A stretch of 64,000 bases of DNA, from the NCBI GenBank assembly GCA_965242725.1, contig CBDESZ010000025.1, positions 288,001 through 352,000 of the forward strand. Reading direction: 5' to 3'. The translations under genes were made by a program, and so were the position numbers. Positions within the stretch are counted from its first letter, which is position 1, and every line of letters starts with the position of its first letter. Positions 54,992 to 64,000 of this stretch are shown here, in pieces. Origin of the DNA: Alkalispirochaeta sp. (GTDB taxonomy: Bacteria > Spirochaetota > Spirochaetia > DSM-27196 > Alkalispirochaetaceae). Below the pieces are notes generated by a model. That model worked only from the letters and a program-made list of their open reading frames with translations. It had not been told where the DNA came from and ran no database searches.

Positions 54992-55000
54992 AGATAAGGG

Positions 55001-55444
55001 ATGATTACTGGGCAGTATCGCAACGCACTTGACGACAAAGGACGCTTACTCGTTCCGAGCAAGCTCAGGTCGGAAGTGCCTGGAAACACCCTGGTAATCA
55101 CCTCCGGTATCGACCGCTGTCTCTGGCTGTTCCCGCCGGAGGAGTGGAAAGTACTGAGTGATCGGCTGATGGAAGCGGCGTCGCCTTTTTCACGACGCGC
55201 CCGGTTGCTCCAACGGCGTATCATCGCTCCCGCACAGGAGGTGGAACTGGACAAGACGGGAAGAATTCTTGTACCGCCCAGTCTGAAAGAGACGGCGGGA
55301 CTGAAAAAAGAGTGCATATTGCACGGGATCAAGAAATATATAGAGATCTGGGATGTCGATGAGTATCGAACATATCTTGACGAGAACGAGGATGAGTTTC
55401 AGGAGGCGGCCGAAGAACTGGGAGGGTCCGTCTCTTTCTTTTAG
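55001..55444 (+). CDS. mraZ: Transcriptional regulator MraZ
   Basis: LDDKGRLLVP, LDKTGRILVP, IEIWD. Confidence 0.96.
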   Translation: MITGQYRNALDDKGRLLVPSKLRSEVPGNTLVITSGIDRCLWLFPPEEWKVLSDRLMEAASPFSRRARLLQRRIIAPAQEVELDKTGRILVPPSLKETAGLKKECILHGIKKYIEIWDVDEYRTYLDENEDEFQEAAEELGGSVSFF

Positions 55445-55446
55445 TC

Positions 55447-56370
55447 ATGGAAGTTGACCATCTGTCGGTGATGCCCCGTGAGGTAGAACGGTTTATGCAG
55501 CCGATGCCGGTGGGCGGTCGCATCTGTGACGCTACATTGGGAGGAGGCGGCCATACGGCTCGCCTCCTGGAGCTTTGTCCATCATGTTCTTTTGTTGGGA
55601 TTGACGCGGACGCGGCGATGATAGAACGGGCCCGTCGTCGTATCGGCCCGACCGACGCCCTGCAGATCATCCACGGGTGGTTTGACGAGGTGCTTGAGGT
55701 TGAGGGCGGATTCGATCGTATTGTGATGGATCTGGGAGTCTCCATGGTCCATCTCAAGGAGCGGGAGCGGGGATTTTCCTTTCGTGAAGATGGTCCCCTG
55801 GACATGCGCCTCAACCGGGAAGGGGATGTTCCCACCGCTGAAGAGATGCTTCAGTCGATTTCGGAGTTCGAACTGGGAGAAATCATTTTCCGCTACGGCG
55901 AAGAGCGATATTCCCGCCGGATCGCCCGGGCGATCTGCAGTGAACGACCGGCGTCGCTGAAGAGTACGAAAGCTCTCGCCGAGTGTGTTGCACGGGCTGT
56001 ACCTGCCCAGTATCGAAGGGGCCGGAATCACCCCGCCACACGTACCTTCCAGGCGATACGGATCGCCGTGAACGACGAGTTGGGACGGGTGGAACGGGCA
56101 ATTCCCCGCGCCGCGGCGGCACTCAACCCCGGAGGGAGGCTGATCATCATCAGTTTTCACTCCCTGGAGGACCGGATCGTGAAGCACACGTTCAGGACGC
56201 TTGCCAGGGCCTCTATAGAAGACGAAAAACGACCGATGGTTAAAGAAGAGGGTCACTACGCGGTGGTGACAAAAAAACCGGTGGTTCCCGGGGATGACGA
56301 AATCCTCAGGAATCCCGCCTCACGGAGCGCGAAATTGCGTGTTCTTGAAAAGGAAAGAAACGATGAGTAA
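55447..56370 (+). CDS. rsmH: 16S rRNA m4C1402 methyltransferase
   Basis: DATLGGGGH, DLGVS, RGFSF, PLDMR, FQAIRIAVN, SFHSLEDR, NPASRSAKLR. Confidence 0.97.
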   Translation: MEVDHLSVMPREVERFMQPMPVGGRICDATLGGGGHTARLLELCPSCSFVGIDADAAMIERARRRIGPTDALQIIHGWFDEVLEVEGGFDRIVMDLGVSMVHLKERERGFSFREDGPLDMRLNREGDVPTAEEMLQSISEFELGEIIFRYGEERYSRRIARAICSERPASLKSTKALAECVARAVPAQYRRGRNHPATRTFQAIRIAVNDELGRVERAIPRAAAALNPGGRLIIISFHSLEDRIVKHTFRTLARASIEDEKRPMVKEEGHYAVVTKKPVVPGDDEILRNPASRSAKLRVLEKERNDE

Positions 56371-56662
56371 ACGGACGGGACAACTTATTTTACTTTCTCT
56401 TATCGTTCTTGCCCCGGCGCTGTTTGTCGGTAATGTATGGCAGGCCTATCGCTTCAGCCGCCTTGAAGGTCAGTTGGGTCGTATCGAGAGAGAACACATT
56501 CGCATACTTGAGGAAAACAAACGCCTCATTGTCGGTATCGCAGGGCTCCGGTCGCCTTCCAGGGTGCGGCAGCTTGCCGAAAAGGATCTCGGATTGATGC
56601 CGGTACCCGCCGACAGGGTTGAACGAATTCGATTTGAACGCGGGTGGTTTGTCGGTGAATAG
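56363..56662 (+). CDS. ftsL: Cell division protein FtsL
   Basis: One TM plus coiled coil, LRSPSRV...LGL; follows rsmH. Confidence 0.75.
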   Translation: MSKRTGQLILLSLIVLAPALFVGNVWQAYRFSRLEGQLGRIEREHIRILEENKRLIVGIAGLRSPSRVRQLAEKDLGLMPVPADRVERIRFERGWFVGE

Positions 56663-58133
56663 TACGTCGACTACCGAAACGAAAGATCAGCCGACGCTCT
56701 TTCCCTCTATTTCCGATATCGCAGCCATCGTGAATGGTACTGCGCTGCATCCCGGCGGCGTACCGGATGAAAGCGGTGCTGTCAGGTCGGTGGCTATCGA
56801 TTCCCGCGCCTGCGGCGCCGGCGCGCTCTTCTTTGCGTTGCAGGGAGAGCACGCCGACGGAGAACGATACGTCGCCGATGCGGCCGCGGCCGGTGCCGTG
56901 TGCGCCGTCGTTCAGCACGAGCGTGATCCCGATGACGTGTCGTGGAGTCTCCCGGTGATCATCGTGAACGATTCACTTGCAGCTCTGCACAGGCTTGCCG
57001 CGTGGTATGTGGACACCTATCTGTCCGACACGGTCCGCATCGGAGTGACCGGAAGCAATGGAAAGACGACAACCAAGGAGTTTATCCTCGCCGCCTTCTC
57101 GGGAACTGACGGTATCTACGGCAGTCCGGGAAATTTCAACTCCGAAACGGGTGTACCCCTCGCCGTATTTTCTACTCCCCCGGGGGCGGCCATAGCCGTC
57201 TATGAAATGGCCATGAGCGCGGCGGGAGAGATGGAAGCCCTTGCGGATATCATTCGGCCGGAAATCGCGGTCATTACCAACATCGGTCACGCCCATATCG
57301 GACGTGTCGGAAGCCGGGACGGAATCGCCGCGGAAAAAAAGAAGATCACCCGGCGGTTTTCCGGGGCGGAAAAGTTGCTGCTTTTTGAGGGTGACGAATA
57401 TGCGGACTATCTGCGTGAGGGAGTCCCCGGTCAGGTGATGTACTTCGGGCCGGAGACACAACACGCGGTGATCGCAGCCGCCGGGGAGCGTTCCACCATT
57501 ACGTTCCAATCAGGGCTGACCGTCAATGTGCCCATCGGGGGGCGCCACAATTGCCTCAATGCCCTTGCGGCGCTGCGGGTGGCGGAAGTCATGAATGTGT
57601 CCCCCGACGCCGTAGACCTGGGGTCCCGGATGAAGGTCCTGCCCCAGGGACGGGCGCAGCGTTTTCACATGCCCGAAGGCGGCGTCGTCATACACGACGC
57701 GTACAACGCAAATACCGACTCAATGCACGCGGCCCTTGATATGATCGATGAACTCCGTCGGGACCATACTCCCGGGACACCTCTCATCCTCGTGCTCGGT
57801 GAGATGCGTGAGTTGGGGGATTTTACCGCCGCGGCTCACGGGGAGGTTCTTGAACACGCCCTTCGACTCCGGCCGTCGGCAATCTATCTTGTCGGCGGGG
57901 AGTTTATCTCCGCTGCATCACGGATCGTTCCGGAGGGAACGGCCGAGGGAGGGGTGCGCGCGTGGCGCCGGGATGAAACGTCCCTGTGGGGTGTGCCTCA
58001 GGTTGCCGACTTTGTTGATCTGATGTCCCGACAAATCAAAGGAGATGAGATCATCCTCTTGAAGGGGAGCCGGGCGATGGAGCTTGAAAAAATTCTGCCT
58101 TTCCTTACGGAGAAAGGAGGCGGCGGTGTTTAA
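56655..58133 (+). CDS. murF: UDP-MurNAc-tripeptide:D-Ala-D-Ala ligase
   Basis: IDSR, TGSNGKTTTKE, NFNSETGVP, NIGHAH, DAYNAN, GEMRELG, KGSR. Confidence 0.93.
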   Translation: MNSTSTTETKDQPTLFPSISDIAAIVNGTALHPGGVPDESGAVRSVAIDSRACGAGALFFALQGEHADGERYVADAAAAGAVCAVVQHERDPDDVSWSLPVIIVNDSLAALHRLAAWYVDTYLSDTVRIGVTGSNGKTTTKEFILAAFSGTDGIYGSPGNFNSETGVPLAVFSTPPGAAIAVYEMAMSAAGEMEALADIIRPEIAVITNIGHAHIGRVGSRDGIAAEKKKITRRFSGAEKLLLFEGDEYADYLREGVPGQVMYFGPETQHAVIAAAGERSTITFQSGLTVNVPIGGRHNCLNALAALRVAEVMNVSPDAVDLGSRMKVLPQGRAQRFHMPEGGVVIHDAYNANTDSMHAALDMIDELRRDHTPGTPLILVLGEMRELGDFTAAAHGEVLEHALRLRPSAIYLVGGEFISAASRIVPEGTAEGGVRAWRRDETSLWGVPQVADFVDLMSRQIKGDEIILLKGSRAMELEKILPFLTEKGGGGV

Positions 58134-59205
58134 GGAGTTTCTGTTTCCCCTGACAAACGTTTTTACTCCCTTCAACGTCTTTCAGTACATCACCTTTCGC
58201 GGTGCCTACGCGGCGATTACCTCCCTGATGATCGCTTTTCTTTTCGGACCGTGGACGATACGGAAGCTGCGTATTCTCCGTTTCGGAGAGGAGATTCGCC
58301 ACGATGGTCCGGAGTCCCACATTTCCAAATCAGGTACTCCGACGATGGGCGGAGTTCTGATCATCGTCTCTATTATCGTCTCGGCACTGCTGTGGCTTGA
58401 TATTTCCGTATCATATACGTGGATTGCCCTCGTCGCGGTCGTCGGGTTCGGTCTGATAGGGATGGTCGATGATCTGCGGAAAATCAGATTGAAAAACAAG
58501 GACGGGTTGCGCGGGTGGTACAAGATTATCGGGCAACTGGTCGTGTCTTTTATTGTCGGATTTCTGCTCTACCGATTCGGGAGCGAACACGCGACGAAGC
58601 TCTACGTCCCGTTCATTAAATCTCCCGTTTTTGATATGGGAATATGGTATATCCCATTTGCAATGGTGCTGCTCATCGGAACGTCCAACGCCGTAAACCT
58701 GACCGACGGGCTCGACGGCCTCGCAACGGGTCTTGTCCTCATGGTGGGGCTGACATTTGCGGTTCTTTCCTATGTGACGGGGCGCGTGGATTATGCGGAG
58801 TACCTCCAAATCCCCTATCTTCCCGGCGGCGGTGAGCTCGCTATTCTCAGCCTGGCCGTCGTCGGAGCGTGTGTCGGGTTTTTGTGGTTTAACGGGCATC
58901 CCGCGGAAATCATGATGGGCGATACGGGCAGTCTGTCTCTCGGCGGCGTTATCGGCGTACTCGCGCTCATGACCAAAAAAGAGATTCTGCTCATCATCAT
59001 AGGAGGTGTCTTCGTTCTCGAAGCGGTGTCGGTGATCATTCAGGTCCTGTCGTTCAAATTGACGGGCAAGCGCGTTTTTCGTATGGCGCCGATACATCAC
59101 CATTTTGAGTTGCTCGGCTGGCCGGAAAGTAAGGTTGTTCTCCGATTGTGGATCCTCGGAGGGCTTTTCGCCATTCTCAGTCTTTCCACATTGAAAATCC
59201 GGTGA
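58126..59205 (+). CDS. mraY: Phospho-MurNAc-pentapeptide transferase
   Basis: KSGTPTMGG, DD, SNAVNLTDGLDGLA, MGDTGS, MAPIHHHFE. Confidence 0.97.
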   Translation: MFKEFLFPLTNVFTPFNVFQYITFRGAYAAITSLMIAFLFGPWTIRKLRILRFGEEIRHDGPESHISKSGTPTMGGVLIIVSIIVSALLWLDISVSYTWIALVAVVGFGLIGMVDDLRKIRLKNKDGLRGWYKIIGQLVVSFIVGFLLYRFGSEHATKLYVPFIKSPVFDMGIWYIPFAMVLLIGTSNAVNLTDGLDGLATGLVLMVGLTFAVLSYVTGRVDYAEYLQIPYLPGGGELAILSLAVVGACVGFLWFNGHPAEIMMGDTGSLSLGGVIGVLALMTKKEILLIIIGGVFVLEAVSVIIQVLSFKLTGKRVFRMAPIHHHFELLGWPESKVVLRLWILGGLFAILSLSTLKIR

Positions 59206-59209
59206 CGTG

Positions 59210-60400
59210 ATGCGACGCAGAGGATTTTTTGTCGAACCGATCGAAAAAAAGGTACCCCGATTTGACCCCGTCATGATCGGAATCATCTTTGTTCTCGTCC
59301 TTGTCGGTATTGGTGTCCTCTGGTCGGCCTCATGGTTCCGGGCGGAGCAGCTTTACGGCGATCCGACACGATTTGTCATGCGTCAGGGTATGTGGGCCCT
59401 TGTCGGAGTTGTCATGATGACAATTGCGATGATTTTCCCTCTGGACGTGATCAGGAAATCTCTTCCCTACCTCGTGCTGGGAACGACGGTTGTGGCGCTC
59501 CTGACATTTGTTCCCGGTGTGAGCGCCCGATACATGGGCGCACGCCGATGGATCATCATCTTCAACGTCTCCTTTCAGCCATCGGAGTTGATCAAGGTCA
59601 CCCTCGTTCTGTATCTCGCGCACATTCTTGCGCGGAGGGAAGGGGACTTTACCCGGCCCGTCCAGTCACTGCTTCCGCCCTCATTGATAGTCCTCTTTTT
59701 CGCGGGAATCGTTCTTCTGCAGAATGACTTTTCCACCGCCGTCTTTCTTGTGCTCGTCTCGTTGACGATGTTTTTCATGGCCGGAGTACCGGTCTCCTAT
59801 TTTCTGCGCATATTTGCCGTTATCGTGCCCATATCACTCATCATGGTTTTCAGTCGTGAACACCGTGTGCGTCGAATAATCGCATTTCTCAAACCCGCAC
59901 ATGATCCGTCGGGCGGCGGATTTCAGATTCTCGCCGCACGTCGTGCCCTGGAAAACGGCGGGTTCTGGGGCGTCGGCATCGGCCAAAGTACGAGGAAACT
60001 CGGCGGGCTGCCGGAAGCGCAATCTGATTTTCTCTTTGCCATTCTCGCCGAAGAGCTCGGACTCGTGGGTGTCTTCATTGTGACCGCTCTCTTTATCGCC
60101 TTCGCCGGAAGGGGACTCTATTTGGCGTCCAGGCAGGATGACTGGTTCCGGTCCCTTGTGGTGGCGGGTTTCGTGGGCAGTATCACCATACAGGCCCTTC
60201 TCAATATTGCGGTAGTCGTGGGCGCAGTACCCGCAACGGGTATTCCCCTTCCGTTCTTTTCTTCCGGTGGTTCCGCCCTGGTAGTTACCCTCACGATGTG
60301 CGGTCTGATGATCAACGCGTCGGGACCGACGGTGAAGCGACCGACGGCACGCACCTTTTCGACGGTCGGCAGATCGTCGTGGGAGGCGTTCCGTGTCTAA
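59210..60400 (+). CDS. ftsW: Cell division SEDS glycosyltransferase FtsW
   Basis: GARRWI, FQPSELIK, LQNDFST, LPEAQSDF, TGIPLPFFSSGGS. Confidence 0.95.
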   Translation: MRRRGFFVEPIEKKVPRFDPVMIGIIFVLVLVGIGVLWSASWFRAEQLYGDPTRFVMRQGMWALVGVVMMTIAMIFPLDVIRKSLPYLVLGTTVVALLTFVPGVSARYMGARRWIIIFNVSFQPSELIKVTLVLYLAHILARREGDFTRPVQSLLPPSLIVLFFAGIVLLQNDFSTAVFLVLVSLTMFFMAGVPVSYFLRIFAVIVPISLIMVFSREHRVRRIIAFLKPAHDPSGGGFQILAARRALENGGFWGVGIGQSTRKLGGLPEAQSDFLFAILAEELGLVGVFIVTALFIAFAGRGLYLASRQDDWFRSLVVAGFVGSITIQALLNIAVVVGAVPATGIPLPFFSSGGSALVVTLTMCGLMINASGPTVKRPTARTFSTVGRSSWEAFRV

Positions 60401-61220
60401 CGCGATGGCATTCCAGAAACAGCGGCGCCGACGAAGAGGCGACGGCGCAGCGTTCCGTCGCATTCTCACCGTAGCTACGGCGGGACTCAGTTTCTTTGTG
60501 GTCCTTTATATCATCGCCGTAACCGTAGTGCTCCCCCGGTTGCGGATCACCCGTGTCGTCGTGCAGGCTGATTTTGAGATGGATCGGGATGCACTGCTTG
60601 AACTCGCCGGCCTGGATGACGGGGCGCATTATTTTGCCGTCAATGAGACCGAAATTGCCCGACGAATCGAGGGATACCCGTCGATCCGGTCTGTTGAGGT
60701 GACAAAAGGATTCCCCAATGTCGTCACGCTCCGCATGGATCGTCGTCGACCTCTCGTGGCGTCCTTCATAGAAGGCCGCCACGAGACGGGAATCGTCCTT
60801 ATCGATGAATCGGGTGCGATCTTCGCCGACGGCGCGGCCGGAGAGGGCTATGATGTCCCGGTGATCTCGGGAATAACCTTCCAGGGCCGCGTGGTGGGCA
60901 GTTCATTGCCGGAGTCGGTCCAGCCGGTCCTTGAAAGCCTGTACGGTTTGCGTCGTTCGTCGCCGCAACTCTATTCGCTCATCTCCGAGGTCCGTCTGGA
61001 ATCGCTGCGGGCTGGTGTGTTTGACGTCCTCCTCTATATGGGGAGCTATCGTGTGCCCGTCCGAATGAACGAATCATTTGACGGCAAGACGTGTACCTAT
61101 GCGCTGATGGTTCTCGACGTGCTTTCTCAGCAGGGTATCGCAGGGGATGTGCAGGAAATCGATTTTCGCTCGGGGGAGATAGTGTATCGCATGAAGGAGG
61201 GCCTCAATGCCGGCGAATGA
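60393..61220 (+). CDS. ftsQ: Cell division protein FtsQ/DivIB
   Basis: TM plus POTRA (PSIRSVEVTKGFPN), IDFR; lies between ftsW and ftsA. Confidence 0.85.
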   Translation: MSNAMAFQKQRRRRRGDGAAFRRILTVATAGLSFFVVLYIIAVTVVLPRLRITRVVVQADFEMDRDALLELAGLDDGAHYFAVNETEIARRIEGYPSIRSVEVTKGFPNVVTLRMDRRRPLVASFIEGRHETGIVLIDESGAIFADGAAGEGYDVPVISGITFQGRVVGSSLPESVQPVLESLYGLRRSSPQLYSLISEVRLESLRAGVFDVLLYMGSYRVPVRMNESFDGKTCTYALMVLDVLSQQGIAGDVQEIDFRSGEIVYRMKEGLNAGE

Positions 61221-62433
61221 CATGATCGTTGGTCTTGATATCGGGACCAGCAAAATCACCTGCGCCATCGCCGAGTACGATGACCGGGGTGAACTGGAGA
61301 TAATCGGAATCGGTACGGCCGCCTCATCGGGTCTCCGTCGGGGAGTGGTGATCAATATCGAAGCGACCCTTCGGAGTGTGGTGGATGCCATCGAGGGGGC
61401 GGAACAGATGGCTGGCCGCGAAGTGAAGCGGGTTGTCAGTGGTGTTGCGGGAAGTCATATCGAAGGTCTGAATTCCCGCGGTGTCGTCGCCGTAACCGGC
61501 CGGGGTCGTGAAATCACCGGAGACGACGTCGATCGGGTGATAGAGGCGGCCCGGGCAGTATCGATCCCGATGGACAGGGAAATTCTCCACGTTATTCCCC
61601 GTGGGTTTGTTATCGACGAGCAATCGGGCATCAAGAATCCCCTGGATATGATCGGCGTCCGTCTTGAAGTGGAGGTCCATATCATAACCGGCTCGGTGAC
61701 GGCGGCACAGAATCTGGTGAAGTGCGTCAACCGGGCGGGCTTTGAAATCCAGAACGTCGTCTTCAGTTCCATCGCCGCCGCCGAATCGGTTCTCTCCGAA
61801 GACGAAAAGGACCTCGGCGTCATCGTCATAGACATCGGCGGAGGGACGACAAACGTCCTTGTGTATCGTGACGGGGCGCCGTACCACAGCTTTGTCCTTC
61901 CCGTCGGCGGATCCCAGGTCACCGGTGACCTCTCGATCATGCTCAAGACTTCGACGGACTCGGCGGAGAAAATAAAGAAAGAAGCGGGGTGTGCATATAT
62001 GCCCCTTGTGGAAGAGGGGGAACCGGTCATTGTACCCGGGGTGGGCGGCAGACCACCGATACAGTGCACCCGTTCCCAGATTTGCGAAGTGATACAACCG
62101 CGAATGACCGAAATATTCAAAATGGTTCGGGATCGTCTTGACAGACAGCGTCTCCTTGACCGCATCGCCGGGGGCCTTGTCCTGACCGGGGGTGGTGCCA
62201 ACCTGCCCGGCGTCGTGGAACTCGGACAGGACATGTTCAACCTGGGCGCGCGGATCGGGCAACCGGGGCGACACGGCGGGCTTGTGGATGCGTATCAGCA
62301 TCCCGAATTTGCGACCGCCATCGGCCTCGTCCTGTACAACCATCGTTTGGGGCGTGCCGATGCGGGAGTATCCAAGGAACGGAAAAGCGGCTTTGTACAA
62401 GGATTACGACGCTGGATGAAACATTTTTTCTAG
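61207..62433 (+). CDS. ftsA: Cell division protein FtsA
   Basis: [36 protein letters not shown]. Confidence 0.97.
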   Translation: MPANDMIVGLDIGTSKITCAIAEYDDRGELEIIGIGTAASSGLRRGVVINIEATLRSVVDAIEGAEQMAGREVKRVVSGVAGSHIEGLNSRGVVAVTGRGREITGDDVDRVIEAARAVSIPMDREILHVIPRGFVIDEQSGIKNPLDMIGVRLEVEVHIITGSVTAAQNLVKCVNRAGFEIQNVVFSSIAAAESVLSEDEKDLGVIVIDIGGGTTNVLVYRDGAPYHSFVLPVGGSQVTGDLSIMLKTSTDSAEKIKKEAGCAYMPLVEEGEPVIVPGVGGRPPIQCTRSQICEVIQPRMTEIFKMVRDRLDRQRLLDRIAGGLVLTGGGANLPGVVELGQDMFNLGARIGQPGRHGGLVDAYQHPEFATAIGLVLYNHRLGRADAGVSKERKSGFVQGLRRWMKHFF

Positions 62434-62473
62434 CGGTAGAGAAACGATACGATGCACAAGAGGAGGGGAGTGC

Positions 62474-63676
62474 ATGAATTTTCAAGTGTATGAAGATGAT
62501 CTTTCGATCGCGGCGTCAGGAACGAGCCCGACGGTCATTAAGGTCGTCGGAGTTGGCGGCGGCGGCAGTAACGCAGTCAACCGAATGATCCAGACGGGAT
62601 TGGCAAATGTTGAGTTCATAGCGGTGAATACCGATCTCCAGGCGCTTCAAAGTTCCCAGGCGGAACTGAGAATCCCCCTGGGGACCAAGATCACCGGAGG
62701 ACTTGGTGCCGGCGGCAAGCCCGAAATCGGGGAAAAATCCGCCCAGGAGGACAAGGAACAGATTCGTGCCATGCTGGAAGGGGCCGATATGGTCTTTGTC
62801 ACGGCAGGCATGGGCGGCGGTACCGGAACGGGTGCGGCGCCGGTGATCGCCGAGATCTCCCGGGGGCTGGGAATTCTGACGGTGGCGGTGGTGACGAAAC
62901 CCTTCGATTTCGAGGGGCGGAGGAAAGCGGCGCTCGCGCAGGAGGGAATCAGCAAACTACGCAGTGCGGTGGATACGCTGATCACCATTCCGAATCAGCA
63001 CCTCCTGAAAATCGTGGCGAAAAACACTCCCATAAGCGAAGCGTTTCTCGTTGCCGACGACGTGCTTCGTCAGGGGGTTCAGGGCATCAGCGATCTCATC
63101 ACGAAGGACGGCATGATCAATATCGATTTCGCCGACGTGCGTACGGTCATGTCGGGACAGGGCGACGCCCTGATGGGTATAGGCATCGGTGAAGGGGAAA
63201 ACCGGGCTGTTGATGCGGCGACGAACGCAATCAACAATCCGCTGCTGGAGGACGCCCATATCGAAGGCGCCGACAAAATCCTCGTAAACGTGACCGGTGG
63301 CGGCGATTTCACCCTCTCCGAGTACGAAGAGATCATGAAAATCATCACCGCCAACGCCGATGAAGATGTGCTTGTCATTGCGGGAACGGCGCTGGATCCC
63401 CGTCTGGAAGGTCAGGTGCGGGTCAGCGTCATTGCAACGGGATTTGCCGCCGATGAAGCGGTCTCCCGCACCGAAGACGATCGGACGACGGAACCGACCA
63501 GGGAAGATCCGAAGAAAGACGCTTCGGAGTTTATCAATCTGGAAACGTGGAACAATCTGACCCGTACGGCGCCGCAGGAAGATCTCTTCGGTGATTCCGA
63601 AATGAGGGACGAGGATGATCAGCTTGGGGTTCCCGCCATCATCCGTCACCGTCGCGCCCGTCGCAGCGGGTTTTGA
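62474..63676 (+). CDS. ftsZ: Cell division protein FtsZ
   Basis: [33 protein letters not shown]-terminal VPAIIR. Confidence 0.98.
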   Translation: MNFQVYEDDLSIAASGTSPTVIKVVGVGGGGSNAVNRMIQTGLANVEFIAVNTDLQALQSSQAELRIPLGTKITGGLGAGGKPEIGEKSAQEDKEQIRAMLEGADMVFVTAGMGGGTGTGAAPVIAEISRGLGILTVAVVTKPFDFEGRRKAALAQEGISKLRSAVDTLITIPNQHLLKIVAKNTPISEAFLVADDVLRQGVQGISDLITKDGMINIDFADVRTVMSGQGDALMGIGIGEGENRAVDAATNAINNPLLEDAHIEGADKILVNVTGGGDFTLSEYEEIMKIITANADEDVLVIAGTALDPRLEGQVRVSVIATGFAADEAVSRTEDDRTTEPTREDPKKDASEFINLETWNNLTRTAPQEDLFGDSEMRDEDDQLGVPAIIRHRRARRSGF

Positions 63677-63682
63677 GGGTAG

Positions 63683-64000
63683 ATGATGTCGGCAACGGCC
63701 ACGATAATCGAGCGGTACACCGACTTTCTCCAGGTGGAGCTGCGGCTTTCCCGTCAGACCGTAGAGACCTACGCCCGGGAATGCAGCGCCGCTGCAGCCA
63801 TGGTGGCCCGGGACGGCGGGTCGCTCCCTGATCTGACCACCGCGGAAGTAATAAATTACCTCCTGAAGCGGCAGGCCGACGGAGAGCCTCTCGATCAGCG
63901 AACGGTGGCGAAAAATCTGTCCGCTCTGCGTTCGTTCTATCAGTTCTGCATTCTCGAGGGAATTCGCGAAGACAATCCGGCGCTGAAAGTGACAAGTCCC
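63683..64000 (+). CDS. xerD: XerD/XerC-family tyrosine recombinase, N-terminal part (truncated by window end)
   Basis: Not in ORF track. Read manually: MMSATATIIERYTDFLQVELRLSRQTVETYARE...RTVAKNLSALRSFYQFCILEGIREDNP. Confidence 0.8.
   Translation, partial: MMSATATIIERYTDFLQVELRLSRQTVETYARECSAAAAMVARDGGSLPDLTTAEVINYLLKRQADGEPLDQRTVAKNLSALRSFYQFCILEGIREDNPALKVTSP

Noticed and set aside
56363..60400. Absence of ftsI, murE, murD, murG and murC from the dcw cluster
   Set aside because: A reduced rsmH-ftsL-murF-mraY-ftsW-ftsQ-ftsA-ftsZ order is typical of spirochaetes
63683..64000. Integrase marking a mobile element
   Set aside because: Xer-like N-terminus directly after ftsZ fits a housekeeping recombinase; no mobile-element context is visible

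Overview
Chromosomal window from a GC-rich free-living spirochaete (Spirochaetaceae-type 16S, spirochaete-style dcw cluster and cheW-DegT-nadK-recN block). 1-25 kb is an accessory catabolic island: gdhA, an EctB/Dat-type diaminobutyrate aminotransferase, asd, an M20 amidohydrolase, a TeaABC/UehABC-like TRAP transporter, an uncharacterised receiver-like/PPDK_N protein, eutC-eutB-doeA(eutD), three IclR regulators, an MFS transporter, a carbamoylase-like hydrolase, a ureohydrolase, a second DoeA paralogue and a pckA-hydroxyacid dehydrogenase-racemase operon. Four promoters across the island (gdhA, aminotransferase operon, iclR-doeA-eutB-eutC, pckA operon) carry the same 18+2+18 bp tandem operator just after the -10 box, and a fifth has a diverged version. 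This points to an IclR-controlled ectoine/hydroxyectoine catabolic regulon with non-canonical enzymes (no EutE/DoeB, DoeC, DoeD or EnuR in the window), which is the main candidate novel system. 25-39 kb holds a DUF89 phosphatase, an RND efflux pump, crtZ, metZ, fabH, upp and adk, several apparently leaderless. 39.5-45 kb is an rRNA operon (16S-tRNA-Ile-23S-5S) followed by repeats of the 5S 3' end and a hairpin family. 45-64 kb is housekeeping (cheW, nadK, recN, GH57, mraZ-ftsZ, partial xerD). No CRISPR array, IS element or prophage was seen. All calls come from reading the sequence; no searches were run.
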